Of a stretch of 64,000 nucleotides of DNA, positions 25,050 through 38,324 are shown piece by piece. Source of the DNA: Mobula hypostoma (lineage: Eukaryota); NCBI RefSeq assembly GCF_963921235.1, contig NC_086097.1, positions 75,146,001 through 75,210,000 on the forward strand. Direction: 5' to 3'. The notes under the pieces are model-generated. The model saw nothing but the letters and a program-made list of their open reading frames with translations, was not told the DNA's origin and did no database searches. The first letter of the stretch is position 1. The number at the start of each line of letters is the position of its first letter. Both the position numbers and the translations under genes were made by a program.

Positions 25050-25779
25050 TTCAATTAGTTGAGTGGAGTTGCAATAACGTCCTTGCACTCAACATCAGCA
25101 AGACCAAGGAATTGATTGTGGACTGCAGGAAGGGGAATTCAGGAGAACACACACCGGTTGTCATTAAGGAGTCAGTGGTGGAAAGGCAGAGCCGTTTCAA
25201 GTCCTTGGGTGTCAATATGTTGGAGGATCTACCACGAGCCCAACACACTGATGTGATCACAAACAAGATATGCCAGTGGCTTTACTTCATTGGGAGTCTG
25301 AGGAGACTTGGCATGTCACCAGAGATTTGCAAATTTCTAAAGATACACATTTTGGAGTATTCTACTTCTCACTGGTTGTGACACAGCCTCGTATGGAAGC
25401 CCCAATGCACAGGATCACAAGAGACCATGGGCACAACCCTCCGCACCACTGCGGATATTTTCAAGAGGTTTCAAGAATGCAGCATCCTTCTGTAAGTTCC
25501 CTCACCATTACGGACATGCCCTCTACTTGGTACTACATCAAAGAGGTAGTACAGGAGACTGACAGCCCATACTCCGTGATTTAGGAACAGCTTCTTCCCC
25601 TCCACTATCAGATTTATGAATGGTCTCTGAACCCAAGAACACTATTTCATTATTCTTTTCTTTTGCGCTATTAATTTTGTAATTTATAGTAATTTTTATG
25701 TCTTTGCACGGTAGTGCTGCCACAAAACAGCAAATTTCATACCATATAGATTAGTGATGATAAAACTGATTCTGATTCA
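25050..25779 (+). mobile_element. Rex1/Babar LINE, family C with (GATTCT)n tail, decayed
   Basis: LNISKTKELIVD..FKSLGVN motifs; ends GATAAAACTGATTCTGATTC. Confidence 0.85.
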
Positions 25780-26197
25780 TTATTTGGAATATCCCCAAGA
25801 CTATAAAATGGAAACTAAATGCATTTTTTGGCCAGTAATGGATTGCCAGACAACAGAACTTAATGCTGTCCCACTGAAGTTAAAACTAAAAATAAAGCAG
25901 GAAAATTTAATGTTGGTTGAAGTAATATCTGGCAGTAGAACATTAACTGCCCTTTTTGCCTTATGACTAGAATGGCAAATATATCGATAATGACCTTAGC
26001 AGCTCAAATTGAATTTTGAATCAGACAGTTCATGCACCTAGAATTTATATGCAGCAAAATTCTTTGAGTGAATAAGCAAAAGGGTTAAAATTAATTGACA
26101 TGTTTTCCCCTGGAAAACATAGACTAATGGTAAATTCTGGAATTCTGATAAAAATTGCAAGTTTTTTTTTCTGTTTTCAACTATGATTTGAAATGTA

Positions 26198-26719
26198 CAG
26201 TACTGTGCAAAAGTTATAGGCACATTTATACTGTATAACTAGGTTGCCTAAGGCACTTGCACATTATTTGTCAACGTGGAGTGGAGAGCAAGTTTGTAAA
26301 TCTGGCAGGAACAAAGCATGTTGGAAATGGTGAGGGTGGAGCACCACGGGAGGGCTGTGGGACAGGTGGCAGAGAAATAGTGCCGGGATGGCTGTGGCAC
26401 AGGTACAGATGCACCCAGCCCAGAGACACCTGGCAAGGTCATTTGATTCCAAACAATTGGGCTATTGATCATTACAGAATGTCTCTCTGGTGCTTCCCAC
26501 TCCCTCCCCTCTCCCTTTCCCTTTCTCCAATCACGATTCCCCTCTCCCTAATCCCTCAGTCCACAATAGAGGTCCATATCAGAATCAGGTTTATCATCAC
26601 TCATGAAATTTTTTTTTGTAGCAGCAGTACAGTGCAATACATAAAATTACTACAGTACTGAACAAAAGTCCTAGGCTCCCTAACTGTATGTATGTCCCTA
26701 ATACTTTTGCGCAGTACTG
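26198..26719. mobile_element. Tc1/mariner-type non-autonomous DNA transposon (MITE)
   Basis: TIRs CAGTACTGTGCAAAAGT and ACTTTTGCGCAGTACTG flanked by TA at 26196-26197 and 26720-26721. Confidence 0.88.
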
Positions 26720-27334
26720 TACTTTAGAACTGAAATAGTAATCCTGAATAAATGTGAATCAAACCTTGTGTTTCAGAAGTGAAAAGGAATGGCAGCTAGC
26801 AGTCTAGCCATGGACAATCTCTGAGAACTGTGTTTTGATGAGGGTTCCATGCTCTCTCTTTCCACCACTTGCAAGGTAAGGACAGGGTTTGCTCAAAGAA
26901 TAGGCCTATTGCTTGTTGAGATGAGAGGTATGGATAAAATCTGAACATCGTGTTAAAAACAGGGAGCTGCAGCAACGCTAGATCAAAGGTGAGATACAGA
27001 GATGCTTTACTAACTGGGAATTCCTGTCAAATGCAGGCTAGACCACAGAACCAGAAGTTATGGGCATGAATTTAATGAAATAAGTCATTACAGAGTTGTA
27101 GTTACAATGTACTCTCATCCCCCCGAAAAAAAATCAGAAGATTAGAAAAAATACCAAATTTAAATTTTAACAAATGAGCACCACGCATTTTAAATTATAT
27201 TTTCAGAACAAAAGGTTACATTGCAGTAATTAGGTTTGACTTTATGTAAATATTTCACACCCTTGAATGGAGAAACACTGATCTTTCCTGGGTTGTTTGG
27301 TGATTAAACAGTGAGTGTGTACCTGTCCTACAAT

Positions 27335-27665
27335 GGCACTGTAGGTAATGCATATGGCTCCAGTGACTCAGATCTAATTCAGATCTCCATTGCTCTATGT
27401 GTACGGAGTTTGCACAATCTCCCTATGGCAGTGTGTCTTTCCTCTGGACAATTCAGTTTCTTCCTACGTCTCAAAGACAGGTGAATTGGCTTTTATAGAT
27501 GACAGTCAGTGTGGATACCCGGTAGATGGATAGTAGGATAATTGGGCAGAATCTGTTGATAAATAAGTGCGAATGAATAGGTAAAGGGAAATAAATGGGG
27601 GAATAGAAACTCATTGTTTTGAGAGCTGACGTAGGTGCAATGAGCCGAATCATTACCTTCTATGT
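27335..27665 (+). mobile_element. V-SINE (HE1-like), old copy
   Basis: GTACGGAGTTTGCACAATCTCCC..TTTCCTCTGG..CAGTTTCTTCCTAC..TCAAAGAC matches the V-domain. Confidence 0.65.
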
Positions 27666-27859
27666 TGCAGGGAGCTACCTTCACTTCATTTCCTGAACTT
27701 GGATGGTGAGTCTCCTGCCAAGGACCTGCCACTTGATTTCCTTATATACAACTGTGGAAACCGTTTACCTCACCATCATTCTTACCGCAATAATCAACAT
27801 TATTGTTTTCTTTTGTAAAGCAATTTGTACATTCTTAAATCATAAGAATGGTGAACACC

Positions 27860-28555
27860 TGTCATGGTCCAGATCGGGGTCCCTTTAAATTTAGCTGGTT
27901 TACGTTACGATCCGGACCGTTGATTCCCTGTTTTCCCGTGTCCCTTGACTTTGGTGATTAGAGGCAATTAACACTTGGCTGAATCGGTCTAGTTCCATCT
28001 CTGGAGCTAGATAGGTACTGTCTGGTGTCCATTCATGTTGGTCTTGTCTTGTCTTGTCCTCGCCTCCGTGGGGTAAGTCAGGCCGTCTTGCCATTGCCCC
28101 GTGGAGGGTCATGAGTCCCAGCCCTATGTCCTGTACCCAAGGAGGGGTCCCGGCTCTCTGTTCTGTGTATGTGTCCAAGGTTCCATGCACCTGCTCTCCC
28201 AAGACCGAGGCTCTGTTTTCCATGTTCCTCCTCTCCCCAGCCCATGTCAAGTCCATGCCTGATTCTGGGGTCCGAGCTCGAGGCAAGACCCAGGTACCGG
28301 GTCCTTGCCCAGTCTCGGGCTCGGAGTCCATACCCTAGCCTCTTCATGTCTCCTCTAGTTTTGGGAGCCGATTCTGAGTCCAAGCCCAGACCCTTGGTCC
28401 CAGCCTAGTCGTAGTCCTGAGTTCTTATCCTGTTCACTATTCCTGCTTCTGTCTTGCTCTCTTGGTATTGTACAATAAACTAAACCTAAGTAACCTCACA
28501 AGATGTGTCTTGCATTTGGGTCCACCCTTGCTCCTAATGTCCCGCCATTGTGACA
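27860..28555 (+). mobile_element. solo LTR, 696 bp, probably Gypsy-type
   Basis: TGTCA...TGACA termini; 5-bp TSD ACACC/ACACT (one mismatch); AATAAA at 28474-28479; internal GC-rich short repeats. Confidence 0.85.
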
Positions 28556-28849
28556 ACACTGACATTACTGATTTTACAGCTTATTTAGCCATTAGCTTTC
28601 CCATTTTAATTGTGGGACTCTTTCGATTTTGTTTTCATATTCTGTGTTTCTCGCTCGTTTTTTTTTGCCATTTGCTTGATTTGGTTTTTTTTTAGTGTGA
28701 AGTGGTTTGATGTTATTCTTTGAATGGGTTCCATGCTTTTCTCTGTTTCATAGCTGTCTGTGGGTAGATGAATCCCAGGACTATATACTGCATAAATACT
28801 TCGATACTAACTATACTTTGATTTTTTGGAATATTTATGTTGCTATGGA

Positions 28850-29778
28850 CAGCTGCTATACCATCTATAGATTCACCAACGATACTAATGCTCTTGGTGA
28901 AATCACGGGTGGTGATGAGTTTATGTATAGAGTGAAGCAGAATACCTGGGTGAATGGTGTTGTAACATCAACAGAACCAAAGGAGCATTGACCGACAGAA
29001 TCGTTGACTTCAGAAAGTGGAAGTTAGGAAACCATGTGTTAAGATTCATTTGTGGATCAGAGGTGGTGGGGGTAAATAGCTACAACTTCTTGGGGAATTA
29101 ACATCTTGGATGGTCTGTCCTGAGGCCACCACATAGATGCAGTCACGAAGAAAGTGCACTAGTACCTCAACTTTCTTAGAAAAGTATACAGGTTCAGCAA
29201 GTCAATAAATACTCTAAGAAACTTCTGCAGGTATACTGTTGAAAGTATGGTTGCATCATAGCCTGGTATGGCAATTCCAGTATGGTATTCTGGTATGGCA
29301 GAGGATGAAAATGCTGGAAAGAATAAAGGACACGACTTGGTATGTCAGAGGCATAGCCCACCCCCCACTGACAGTATCCACAAGAGCCACTGCCTCAAGG
29401 CTGCATTCATGGTCATGGATCCATACCATCCAGATCATAGCCTCTTCCCACTGCTACCAGCAGGAAGGAGGTACAGAAGTCTGAACTCCCACATGAACAG
29501 GTTTGGCAACAGCTACTTTCCTTCAGCCATCAGGTTCTTGAACTGATCTGTTCAACCCTCATCCCACCTCAGCAATGAAACGCTGACCTCTTGCATTACA
29601 ATGGACTTGTCTCTGATTGCATTTCGTTTTCGCATTAATATCTTATTTTTGCACAAATTTCTTACGAATTTATTTTTCTGTGTTGTTGAGCCTACATTCC
29701 GGTGATACTGCTGCAAGCAAATATTTCATTGTATCTGTAGCTCACTGTACTCGTGCACATGCCAATAAACTTGGATTG
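28850..29778 (+). mobile_element. Rex1/Babar LINE 3' fragment, old
   Basis: IYRFTNDT (decayed FADDT), SLFPLLPAGRRYRSL..FGNSYFPSAIRFLN; ends near AATAAAC. Confidence 0.8.
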
Positions 29779-30262
29779 TTTCAATTTTCATTTTCAATGG
29801 AGAATTACATCAGAAACGTAAATTTGATTTTCTCAAAGTACACTGTTGCCCCCATGGTTTGTCTAATACTGACGCCAAGCTCAGTGGCTGTTGTTCCCTG
29901 TTATCGCTTCCTTCCCTATTTAACAGTGATTAAAATGAATTACTGTTCATTATACATATGCGATTTTCAACCCATAGGGACAGTTCCATGGAATTCAAGG
30001 AGATCAAAGCTAATGTACCTTCTACCTCTGAAGGCAACTTTTAGAAAGCTGTGGGCTACAGGCATTGTATCAAGAGCAAATGTGACCTTCAATTCTCTGA
30101 CGTACTCAAGAACTTTTTCTGTACTGAAATTAATAATTTCTAATTCCTCTCATTAGATCCTTGGTTCCTCACTATTTCTGAACTGTACTGCAAAAAAAGG
30201 ACACAGTTTTTGTTTCATTCACTTGTTATTTTTCTACTCATTATTTTAATTCCTTCTCTATA

Positions 30263-31999
30263 GAGGAACTGAACGAGTATTTTGCATCAGTCTTCACTGA
30301 GGAAGACATCAGCAGTATACTGGACACTCAAGGGTGGCAGGGAAGAGAAGTGTGCGCAGTCACAATTACGACAGAGAAAGTACTCAGGAAGCTGAATAGT
30401 CTAAGGGTAGATAAATCTCCCAGACCAGATGGAATGCACCCTTGTGTTCTGAAGGAAGTAGCTGTGGAGATTGCGGAGGCATTAGCGATGATCTTTCAAA
30501 AGTCGATAGATTCTGGCATGGTTCCGGAGGACTGGAAGATTGCAAATGTCACTCCGCTACTTAAGAAGGCGGCAAGGAAGCAAAAAGGAAATTATAGACC
30601 TGTTAGCTTGACATCGGTGGTTGGGAAGTTGTTGCAGTCGATTGTCAAGGATGAGGTTACAGAGTACCTGGAGGCATATGACAAGATAGGCAGAACTCAG
30701 CATGGATTCCTTAAAGGAAAATCCTGCCTGATAAAGCTATTACAATTTTTTGAGGAAATTACAAGTAGGCTAGACAAGGGAGATGCAGTGGATGTTGTAT
30801 ATTTGGATTTTCAGAAGGCCTTTGACAAGGTGCCACACATGAGGCTACTTAACAAGATAAGAGCCCATGGAATTACGGGAAAGTTATATACGTGCTTAGA
30901 GCATTGGATGATTGGCAGGAAACAAAGAGTGGGAATAAAGGGATCCTATTCTGGTTGGCTGTCGGTTACCAGTGGTGTTTCACAGGGGTCCGTGTTGGGG
31001 TCGCTTCTTTTTACATTGTGCATCAAAGATTTGGATTATGGAATAGGTGGCTTTGCGGCTAAGTTTGCTGACGATATGAAGGTAGGTGGAGGGGCTGGTA
31101 GTGCTGAGGAAGCAGAGAGTCTGCAGAGAGACTTGGATAGATTGGGAGAATGGGCAAAAAAGTGGCAAATGAGATACAATGTTGGAAAGTGTATGGTTAT
31201 GCACTTTGGCAGAAGAAATAAATGGGCAGACTATTATTTAAAATGGGGAAAGAATTCAAAGTTCTGAGATGCAACGGGACTTGGGAGTCCTCGTACAGGA
31301 TACCCTTAAGGTTAACCTCCAGGTTGAGTTGGTGGTGAAGAAGGCGAATGCACTGTTGGCATTCATTTCTAGAGGAATAGAGTATAGGAGCAGAGATGTG
31401 ATGTTGAGGCTCTATAAGGCACTGGTGAGACCTCACTTGGAGTACTGTGGGCAGTTTTGGTCTCCTTATCTAAGAAAGGATGTGCTGATGTTGGAGAGGG
31501 TGCAGAGAAGATTCACTAGAATGATTCCGGGAATGAGAGGGTTAACATATAAGGAACGTTTGTCCGCTCTTGGACTGTATTCCTTGGAGTTTAGAAGAAT
31601 GAGGGGAGACTTCATAGAAACATTTCGAATGTTGAAAGGCATGGACAGAGTGGATGTGGCAAAGTTGTTTCCCATGGCGGGGGAGTCTAGTACGAGAGGG
31701 CATGACTTAAGGGTTGAAGGGCGCCCATTCAGAACAGAAATGCGAAGAATTTTTTTTAGTCAGAGGGTGTTGAATCTATGGAATTTGTTGCCACAAGCAG
31801 CAGTGGAGGCCAAGTCATTGGGTGTATTTAAGGCAGAGGTTGATAGGTATCTGAGTAGCCAGGGCATCAAAGGTTATGGTGAGAAGGCGGGGGAGTGGGA
31901 CTAAATGGGAGAATGGATTAGCTCATGATAAAATGGCGGAGCAGACTCGATGGGCCGAATGGCTGACTTCTGCTCCTTTGTCTTATGGTCTTATGGTCT
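30263..31999 (+). mobile_element. CR1 LINE, 5'-truncated; ORF2 frameshifted near 31240
   Basis: ORFs 30350-31267 and 31269-31904 carry the CR1 RT motifs (YLDFQKAFDKVPH, KFADD); (GGTCTTAT)n tail; TCTATA at both ends. Confidence 0.95.
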
Positions 32000-33202
32000 A
32001 TATTTTTCTATACAGGTATTTTTTTCCTATTTACTTTCTTCCCTTTTCTTAAGTCTTTTTTTTTTGGTTATCCTTTTCTAATTTTAAACCTTCCTGGTCC
32101 ATGGATTCACAAATGCTTTCTGTATAATTAGAAGCCTTTTCTGTATAAAAAGAAGATTGAAGAATTTCCTTAAATTTCGTTATATAGTTGGTCACAATTG
32201 AACCCCTTTGCAGTGGATTCCGTACGTGCCAAGAGAATATACAATTGAAAATTATGAATAATACTTTGTATTGGCCATTTACTGTCTCCAGGCATCCTTT
32301 TTCCCAATCTATCTTGGGCACTTCTCACCTAACTCTTCTGTAGGGCTTTGTTCAATTGTAAGATCCCAATTTTTGACTTTGATTTCAAGTTAAATACAAA
32401 ATGTCATACCATGATCACTTTTCTGCAGGTCGTTCAGAATCAGCATCAGAATCAGAATCAGGTTTATCATCACCAGCACATGTCGTGTAAGATTTACTAA
32501 TTTGTCTGTCTGATTACACAGTGAGAGTTTCACAAAAGCCTGTTGCATAATTAGTTCCTTGGCATATTGTTGTAAAGTGGTCTTTTATATGTACCTCAAA
32601 ATTTCACTTCCCTGTCCTAACATTTTTTATTGCAATATTATAACAATAGTTTCTGATATATGCTTCCTTGAAGGTTCGAATACTTAAAAATTACTTTATA
32701 AATTCAATTTGTTAGTGTGGTACAGTTGATGATCAACCACAAATTGGGATATGCCAGTGTCCCGGTAATTCTTGTGATCAAATCATACTGCAGCAAGTTA
32801 CGAAACTGATTTTAAAAACTTGAGTATACACAAAGGGCAATGGGGTAAAAAGATGCACATAAAAGCTGTTGGATTGTTGTAAAAATACACTTAATACTTT
32901 TCAGAAAAACAAACAATTCACTTTTTATCCCTGTTTCCTCAACGTGATTGATCTTAAAACTCTCTGATGTGCCAATCAGTTACTTAAGTGATTATCGTCA
33001 ACTAATTACCATTCATTTTCAGCAACGGCTTAAGGCAACTGGAGCAGGGCAGCATTTTCAGACTTGACAATGCTACTTGGGTCATGAGAACAGATCAATA
33101 ATTTTGACAATAATACAATTGATTTTTTTGTGTATTTTAATAATTTGATTCATACATTTCTCTGAAAATTTCTGATTAACCCTTTAGTGGAAAAAGAATG
33201 CA

Positions 33203-33910
33203 CATAGAAACATAGAAACATAGAAAATAGGTGCAGGAGTAGGCCATTCAGCCCTTCGAGCCTGCACCGCCATTTATTATGATCATGGCTGATCATCCAA
33301 CTCAGAACCCCGCCCCAGCCTTCCCTCCATACCCCCTGACCCCTGTAGCCACAATGGCCATATCTAACTCCCTCTTAAACGTAGCCAATGAACTGGCCTC
33401 AACAGTTTGCTGTGGCAGAGAATTCCACAGATTCACCACTCTCTGTGTGAAGAAGTTTTTCCTAATCTCGGTCCTAAAAGGCTTCCCCTCTATCCTCAAA
33501 CTGTGACCCCTCGTTCTGGACTTCCCCAACATCAGGAACAATCTTCCTGCATCTAGCCTGTCCAATCCCTTTAGGATCTTATACGTTTCAATCAGATCCC
33601 CCCTCAATCTTCTAAATTCCAACGAGTACAAGCCCAGTTCATCCAGTCTTTCTTCATATGAAAGTCCTGCCATCCCAGGAATCAATCTAGTGAACCTTCA
33701 TTGTACTCCCTCTATGGCAAAGATGTCTTTCCTCAGATTAGGGGACCAAAACTGCACACAATACTCCAGGTGTGGTCTCACCAAGGCCTTGTACAACTGC
33801 AGTAGTACCTCCCTGCTCCTGTACTCGAATCCTCTCGCTATAAATGCCAGCATACCATTCGCCTTTTTCACCGCCTGCTGTACCTGCATGCCCACTTTCA
33901 ATGACTGGTG
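33203..33910 (-). mobile_element. CR1 LINE 3' fragment
   Basis: QVQQAVKKANGMLAFI..RPHLEYCVQFWSP..FFTQRVVNLWNSLP; (TTCTATGT)n tail. Confidence 0.93.
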
Positions 33911-34322
33911 TAAATTTATTATTGACGTACATATATGTCACCATATATAAGTATGAGATTTACTTTTCTGAGGGCAGACGCAGTAAATCCAAGAAACACA
34001 ATAGATTCACTGAAAGACTGCACCCAGCAGGACAGACAAACAACCAGTCTGCAAAAGGACAACAAACTGTACAAATATTGAAGAGAGAACAAAAATAAGC
34101 AATAAATATCAAGAACGTGAGATGAAGAGTCCTTGAGATTGAGTCCATAGGTTGTGGGGATACTTCACTGATGGGGCAAGTGAAGTTGAGTGATATTAAC
34201 CCCCACTGGAGTAATTATTGTTCCTGAACCTGATGGTGTGAGTCCTGAGGCTCCTGTATCTTCTTCCTGATGGCAGTAGCAAGGAGAAGGCATGAGGTGC
34301 ATGATTGAGGGTTGATGATGCA
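33911..34322 (-). mobile_element. Rex1/Babar family A 3' end, abutting the CR1 5' junction
   Basis: LLPSGRRYRSLRTHTIRFRN plus family A 3' UTR. Confidence 0.85.
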
Positions 34323-34323
34323 T

Positions 34324-36540
34324 GGATAGATAGATAGATACTTCTATGATCCCAAAGGAAATTACAGTGTCTCAATAGCATTACAAGTGCACAGATATAC
34401 AAATATTGGAAGAGAAGACAGAAAGAATAAAAAAACAGGTTACCTTAAAAATAAGATGTACAAGATTTGCAAGTCAAAGATTACAAGATTTACAAGATTT
34501 CCAAGTTCACACTGATAAGATGGTAGTGCAAGAATTACTGTAATATTATACAGTAATAGGTGCACATTCACATCACCTAGACAAGAAGAGATGATAGTAT
34601 TGCACAGCATTGCACAAGGTGTCCGTGATTGCAGGGCGTGGTAAACAGAGCTTAAACAGAGCTCTGGTAAACAGAGGTTAATAACAGTCTAAAAAGATGG
34701 GGTCATCACTTCACCCACTATCAGTTGACTCATTAAAGAGCCTAATGGCCGAGGGTAAGAATGACCTCATATAGTACTCTTTGGAGCAGTGCATTTGTCT
34801 TAGTCTATTACCGAAAGTGCACCTCTGTTCAGCCAAGGTGGCATGCAGAGGGTGAGAAGCTCCAGTATGTTTAGTTTGACTCCTATAACAGAGCCAGCCT
34901 TTCTAATCAGTTTATTGAGTCTGTTGGCATCATCTGTGTTGATGCCTTTGCCCCAGCACACCACTGCATAGAAGATTGTTCTGGTGACAACAGAGTGGTA
35001 GAACATGTGAAGGATAGGCCTGCGTACTGCAAAAGACCTCAGTCTCCTGAGGAAGCATCAGCAACTCTGGCCCTTCTTGTACACAGCCTCTGTGTTGGTA
35101 CCCCACTCAATTTGCCCGTACTTCCAACTTGTTAAAGTCCTGCTGCAATCGCATTGCTTCTTCAGCACTACCTACCCCTCTACCTATCTTTGTATCGTCT
35201 GCAAACTTTGCCACAAAATTATCAATTCCATTATCCAAATCACTGACAAACAATGTGAAAAGTAGTGGTCCCAATACTGACCCCGAGGAACACCAGTTGT
35301 CACCGGCAGCCAAACAGAAAAGGCCGCCTTTCATTCCCACTTGCTATATTCTGGCTGCTAGCTATTCCTCTAACCATGCCGGTATCTTTCCTGTAATGCC
35401 ATATAATTTTATCTTATTAAGCAGCCTCATGTGTGGCACCTTATCAAATGCTTTCTGAAAATTCGAATAAATGACATCCACTGCCTCTCTTTTGTCCACC
35501 CTGCTTGTTACTTCCCCAAAGAACTCTAACAGTTTTGTCCGGCAAGATTTCCCTTGACAGAAACCATGCTGACTTTGACTTATTTTATCATTAGTTTCCA
35601 AGTACTGTACCTCAAAACCTCATCCTTAATAATAGACTCCAACACTTTCCCAACCACTGAGGTTAGGCTAACGGGTCTATAATTTCCTTTCTTTTGCCTT
35701 CCCCCACTTCCTAAAGAATGGAGTGAAATTTGCAATCTTCTAGTCCTCTGGAACCATGCCAGAGTCAAGTGATTCTTGAAAGATCATGGCCAATGCACCC
35801 ATTAGCTCTTCAGCAACCTCTCTCAGGACTCTGGGATGGAGTCCATTTGGTCCAGGTGACTTATCCACCCTAAGACCTTTGAGTTTGCCTAGAAATCTTT
35901 CCTTTGTAATAGCAAATGTACTTGGCAGGCTTAATCTTCCTAAAGTCCATCACTATCTCCTTTGTCTTACTGATGTTGAGCTGCAGATGATTCAGCTTGC
36001 ACCATTTGACAAAGTCCTCCACCTTGTATTCATCCTCCCATCCTCCCATCATGCACCCAACTACTGCTGAGTTATCAGAGAATTTCTGCAGATGACATGA
36101 CTCAGTATTGTATCTAAAGTCTGAGGTATACAGGGTAAACAGGAAGGGAGCCAATACAGTCCCCTGTGAAGCCCCAGTGCTGCTTATGGCCATGTATGAC
36201 ACATTTCTCTGAAACTGCACAAACTGTGGTCTGCCAGTCAGGTACTCTATTATCCAGGATACAATGGAAGTGCCATTCTGCATTGAATGGAGAAATCGAA
36301 CCCCAGCAACGAGGGCTGTATGGTGTTGAAGGCACTTGGGAAATCAAAAAACATGATCCTCACAGTGCTGCCCTGCTTATCCAAATGGGAGTAGATTCTG
36401 TTCAGCAGGTAGTTGACAGGATTGTTGACTCCTGGTAGGCAAACTGCAGGGGCTCGAGGGCTGATCTAACCAGGAGTCAGAGGTGAGGCAGAACCAGCCT
36501 CTCTAGGGTCTTCATGATGTGTGTGGTCAGGGCCACTACT
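34324..36540 (-). mobile_element. Rex1/Babar LINE, family B with (TATC)n tail, interrupted by a CR1 internal fragment
   Basis: GASQGTVLAPFLFTLYTSDF..LQKFSDN..KTKEIVMDFRK (35916-36283) resumes at 35109 as LEWGTNTEAVYKKGQS..MFYHSVV..YAVVCWG; GATA repeats at 34326-34340. Confidence 0.88.
35110..35915 (-). mobile_element. CR1 internal RT fragment lacking both ends
   Basis: NYRPVSLTSVVGK, SQHGF, FQKAFDKVPH, KFADDTKIG; stops before the ORF end and 3' UTR. Confidence 0.9.
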
Positions 36541-37094
36541 GCTTTCCTACGACAGTGCTGAGCTAACAATTCGGCACAACACAACAGTTTGAGCTCTAGC
36601 TCATAATCCAGAAGACAATGTGTTCTGCTCAATTTCTTCCTGCCTCTTTTATTGTTGTTATTGTTTTTAAACTGTCATCTACTCTTGTCTGTTTAGGCCC
36701 AACTCCTCCAGTAACTGAAGGATTAGAAAGTAAAATAAACCAAGGTCCAATTTATTACTGGTTCTTCACTCAGGTAACTTTCCTTTTTTTTAAATATATC
36801 ATTCTATGGTAATATATGGGGACCAAGTTAGTTCTAATACTGACTGTAGTATTGTTATTGTTATGCTATGTTAGTACATTTTCCTTTTTGGAACGTTGGG
36901 TGTGTTTCCTTTAAGGTTGCACATAGTACTGAACACGTCCAATATCTTGGGTGTGGTAGAACATAGTTAGCTGTTTAACACAGTGCTATTGTGAGTTTGT
37001 CTAATTAAAAACACATACCAAGATCTCACTGGCTGCAGTTAACAGACAATACAGAAAAAGTTGTAATACTTATTTAACATGTCTGAATGACTGA

Positions 37095-38324
37095 CATCCT
37101 GTCACACTCACCTTAATAATAAGCAAACACTTCGAGAGGCTGGTCAAGGACTACATCTGCAGCATGTTACCACCCAAACTGGACTCGCTACAATTCGCCT
37201 ACCGACACAACCGATCGACAGATGATGCAATAGCCACAGCTCTACATACCGTCCTTACACATCTGGAGAAAGAGGATGCTTATGTGAGAATGTGTTCTTG
37301 GACTACAGTTCAGCATTCAGCACCATAACTCGACAAGAAGCTCAGCGACCTTGGCCTTCGCCCTGCTTTGTGTAGCTGGATCCTGCACTTCTTGTCAGAT
37401 TGCCAGCAGGTGGTAAGAGTGGGCTCCCTCACCTCTGCCCCTCTGACCCTCTACACAGGTACCCCTCCTCTACTCTGTGTACCCATGACTGTATCACCAC
37501 CCACAACTCCAATCTGCTAATTAAATTTGCCGATGACACTACACTGATTGCCCTAACCACAGAGAAGAAGTCATCACCCTGACACAGTGGTGTCAAGAAA
37601 ACAACCTGTCTCTCAATGTCACAAAAACAAAGGAGCTGGTTGTGGACTACAGGAGGAATGGAGACAGGCTAGCCCCTATTGAAATCAATGGATCTGGGGT
37701 TGACAAGGTGAACAGCTTTAAGTTCCTTGGCATAAACATCACCGAGTATCTCACGTGGTCTGTACATACCAGCTGTGTGGTGAAAAAGGCACAATGGCTC
37801 CTCGTTCACCTCAAATAGTTGAAGAAGTTTGGTTTTGGCCCCCAAATCCTAAGAACTTTCTGTAGGGGCACAATTGAGAGTATCCTGACTGGCTGTATCA
37901 CTGCCTGGTATGGGAACTGTACTTCCCTTAATCACAGGTCTCTGCAGAGGGTGGTGTGGACAGCCCAGCGCATCTGTAGATGAGCACTTCTCACTATTCA
38001 AGATATTTACAAAGGCAGGTGTGTAAAAAGCTTCTGAATGATCATTGGGGACCCAAGTCACCCCAACCACAAACTGTTCCAGCTGCTACCATCCAGGAAA
38101 GGGTACCACAGCATAAAAGCCAGGATCACAGGCTCCAGGACAGCTTCTTCCACCAGGCCTTCAGACTGCTTAACTCATGCTGACACAACTGTATTTCTAT
38201 GTTATATTGATAATCCTGTTGTACATGATTTGCACATTGCACATTCAGACGGAGACGTAACATTAAGATTTTTACTCCTCATGTATATGAAGGATGTAAG
38301 TAATAAAGTCAATTCAATTCAATT
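37095..38324 (+). mobile_element. Rex1/Babar LINE, family E with (AATTC)n tail, decayed
   Basis: [44 protein letters not shown]; ends AATAAAGTCAATTCAATTCAATT. Confidence 0.9.

Noticed and set aside
27900..28408. Four overlapping ORFs in a GC-rich island
   Set aside because: All are inside the solo LTR; GC-rich repeats are poor in stop codons
29617..30156. 179-aa ORF
   Set aside because: TTG start inside a Rex 3' UTR, no recognisable domain and no splice support
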